A DNA stretch of 64,000 nt from Hyphochytrium catenoides. Lineage: Eukaryota; Protista; Hyphochytriomycota. The stretch spans positions 1-64,000 of the forward strand of contig FLMG01002090.1 in NCBI GenBank assembly GCA_900088475.1, read 5' to 3'. Positions 63,601-64,000 of this stretch are shown piece by piece. The translations under genes and the position numbers were made by a program. Position 1 is the first letter of the stretch. The number at the start of each line of letters is the position of its first letter. The notes beneath the pieces are model-generated. The model saw nothing but the letters and a program-made list of their open reading frames with translations. It was not told the DNA's origin and made no database searches.

Positions 63601-64000
63601 CCCTCCTTTGGCTGATCAAAATGACAGACGGCCCAGATCCATATCTATGTGCTTTTCTACCTTCTCTTCCTCCCCGCGTTCCGCATGGCCTCTCAGCTGT
63701 CAACCTGCATAAAGATAGGGAAAGAGAAGGTAGGGGCAAGTTCAATGTGTTCTGCGTGTCCATAATGATATCTGAGCTTAGTCTGCCGTTCGACGTTAGC
63801 ATCTGGAGGTCTCTCTCGTTCTCTCGTTCTCCTCTCTCTTCCCTTTCTCTTAACATTTCTTAGCGTCTCCTCTCCTTCTTCCCATCTCTCCTTCCATCAC
63901 TCCTTCCATCAATCATCGCCGTTCAATGTTGGCATGTCTCAAGGGATCTAGTCATTGTGTGATCCTCTCCTTTAACTGAACTCTGGCAAACCCTCACTTT
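57651..64000 (+). CDS. Receptor-like membrane protein: signal peptide, two type-I periplasmic sugar-binding (RbsB/Peripla_BP_4-like) domains, LNR-like module, Cys-rich stalk, multipass TM domain; multi-exon, probably truncated by the window end
   Basis: PBP motifs HIGMDDYEAGRLLG..RCQGF..DQPYLQG and FLTHGNGADSFW..YIGQVETYAG..ERCDGF..GTFD..IDQQQGLQ. Spliced exons give WIGDGWCDEENNKKECQ|WDGGDCC, CEICPK|YTFGVDGRNC, VYQCHPNWC and PLCMAC. TM segments YIFVAFVVGGLFLSFYVF, VSILLFFLQ and LCVLYFLLVILFTCGL. Confidence 0.85.

Noticed and set aside
1-64000. tRNA, rRNA, snoRNA, CRISPR arrays, intact transposase or reverse transcriptase
   Set aside because: None recognisable by eye; tRNAscan-SE and Infernal would be needed to exclude small RNAs.

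Overview
Eukaryotic nuclear scaffold with GT-AG introns, abundant (CT)n/(GA)n microsatellites and four N gaps. The standard genetic code fits. CBEL-like PAN/Apple domains and the SNW1 sequence suggest a stramenopile (oomycete/hyphochytrid-like), but the taxon is inference. Genes reconstructed by eye: a membrane-anchored GH17 beta-1,3-glucanase with 4 PAN/Apple domains; an intronless unknown two-repeat protein; an intronless RI-type LRR protein with a homeodomain-like N-terminus; a secreted protein with an unclassified domain, Pro/Ser linker and 2 PAN domains (candidate new CAZyme); a DUF6544-like protein; SNW1/SKIP; an STPR-repeat protein; NDUFS8; two divergently transcribed paralogous dual hybrid histidine kinases; a CAMKL kinase; and a large receptor-like gene running off the right edge. 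Three observations stand out. (1) In both histidine kinases the phospho-accepting H-box sits alone on a 33-nt, frame-preserving micro-exon that the ORF track misses. (2) The receptor joins two bacterial-type sugar-binding domains to an LNR-like module, a Cys-rich stalk and a multipass membrane domain. (3) The secreted protein has CAZyme architecture but an unrecognised catalytic domain. No database searches were run; family calls come from motif recognition.
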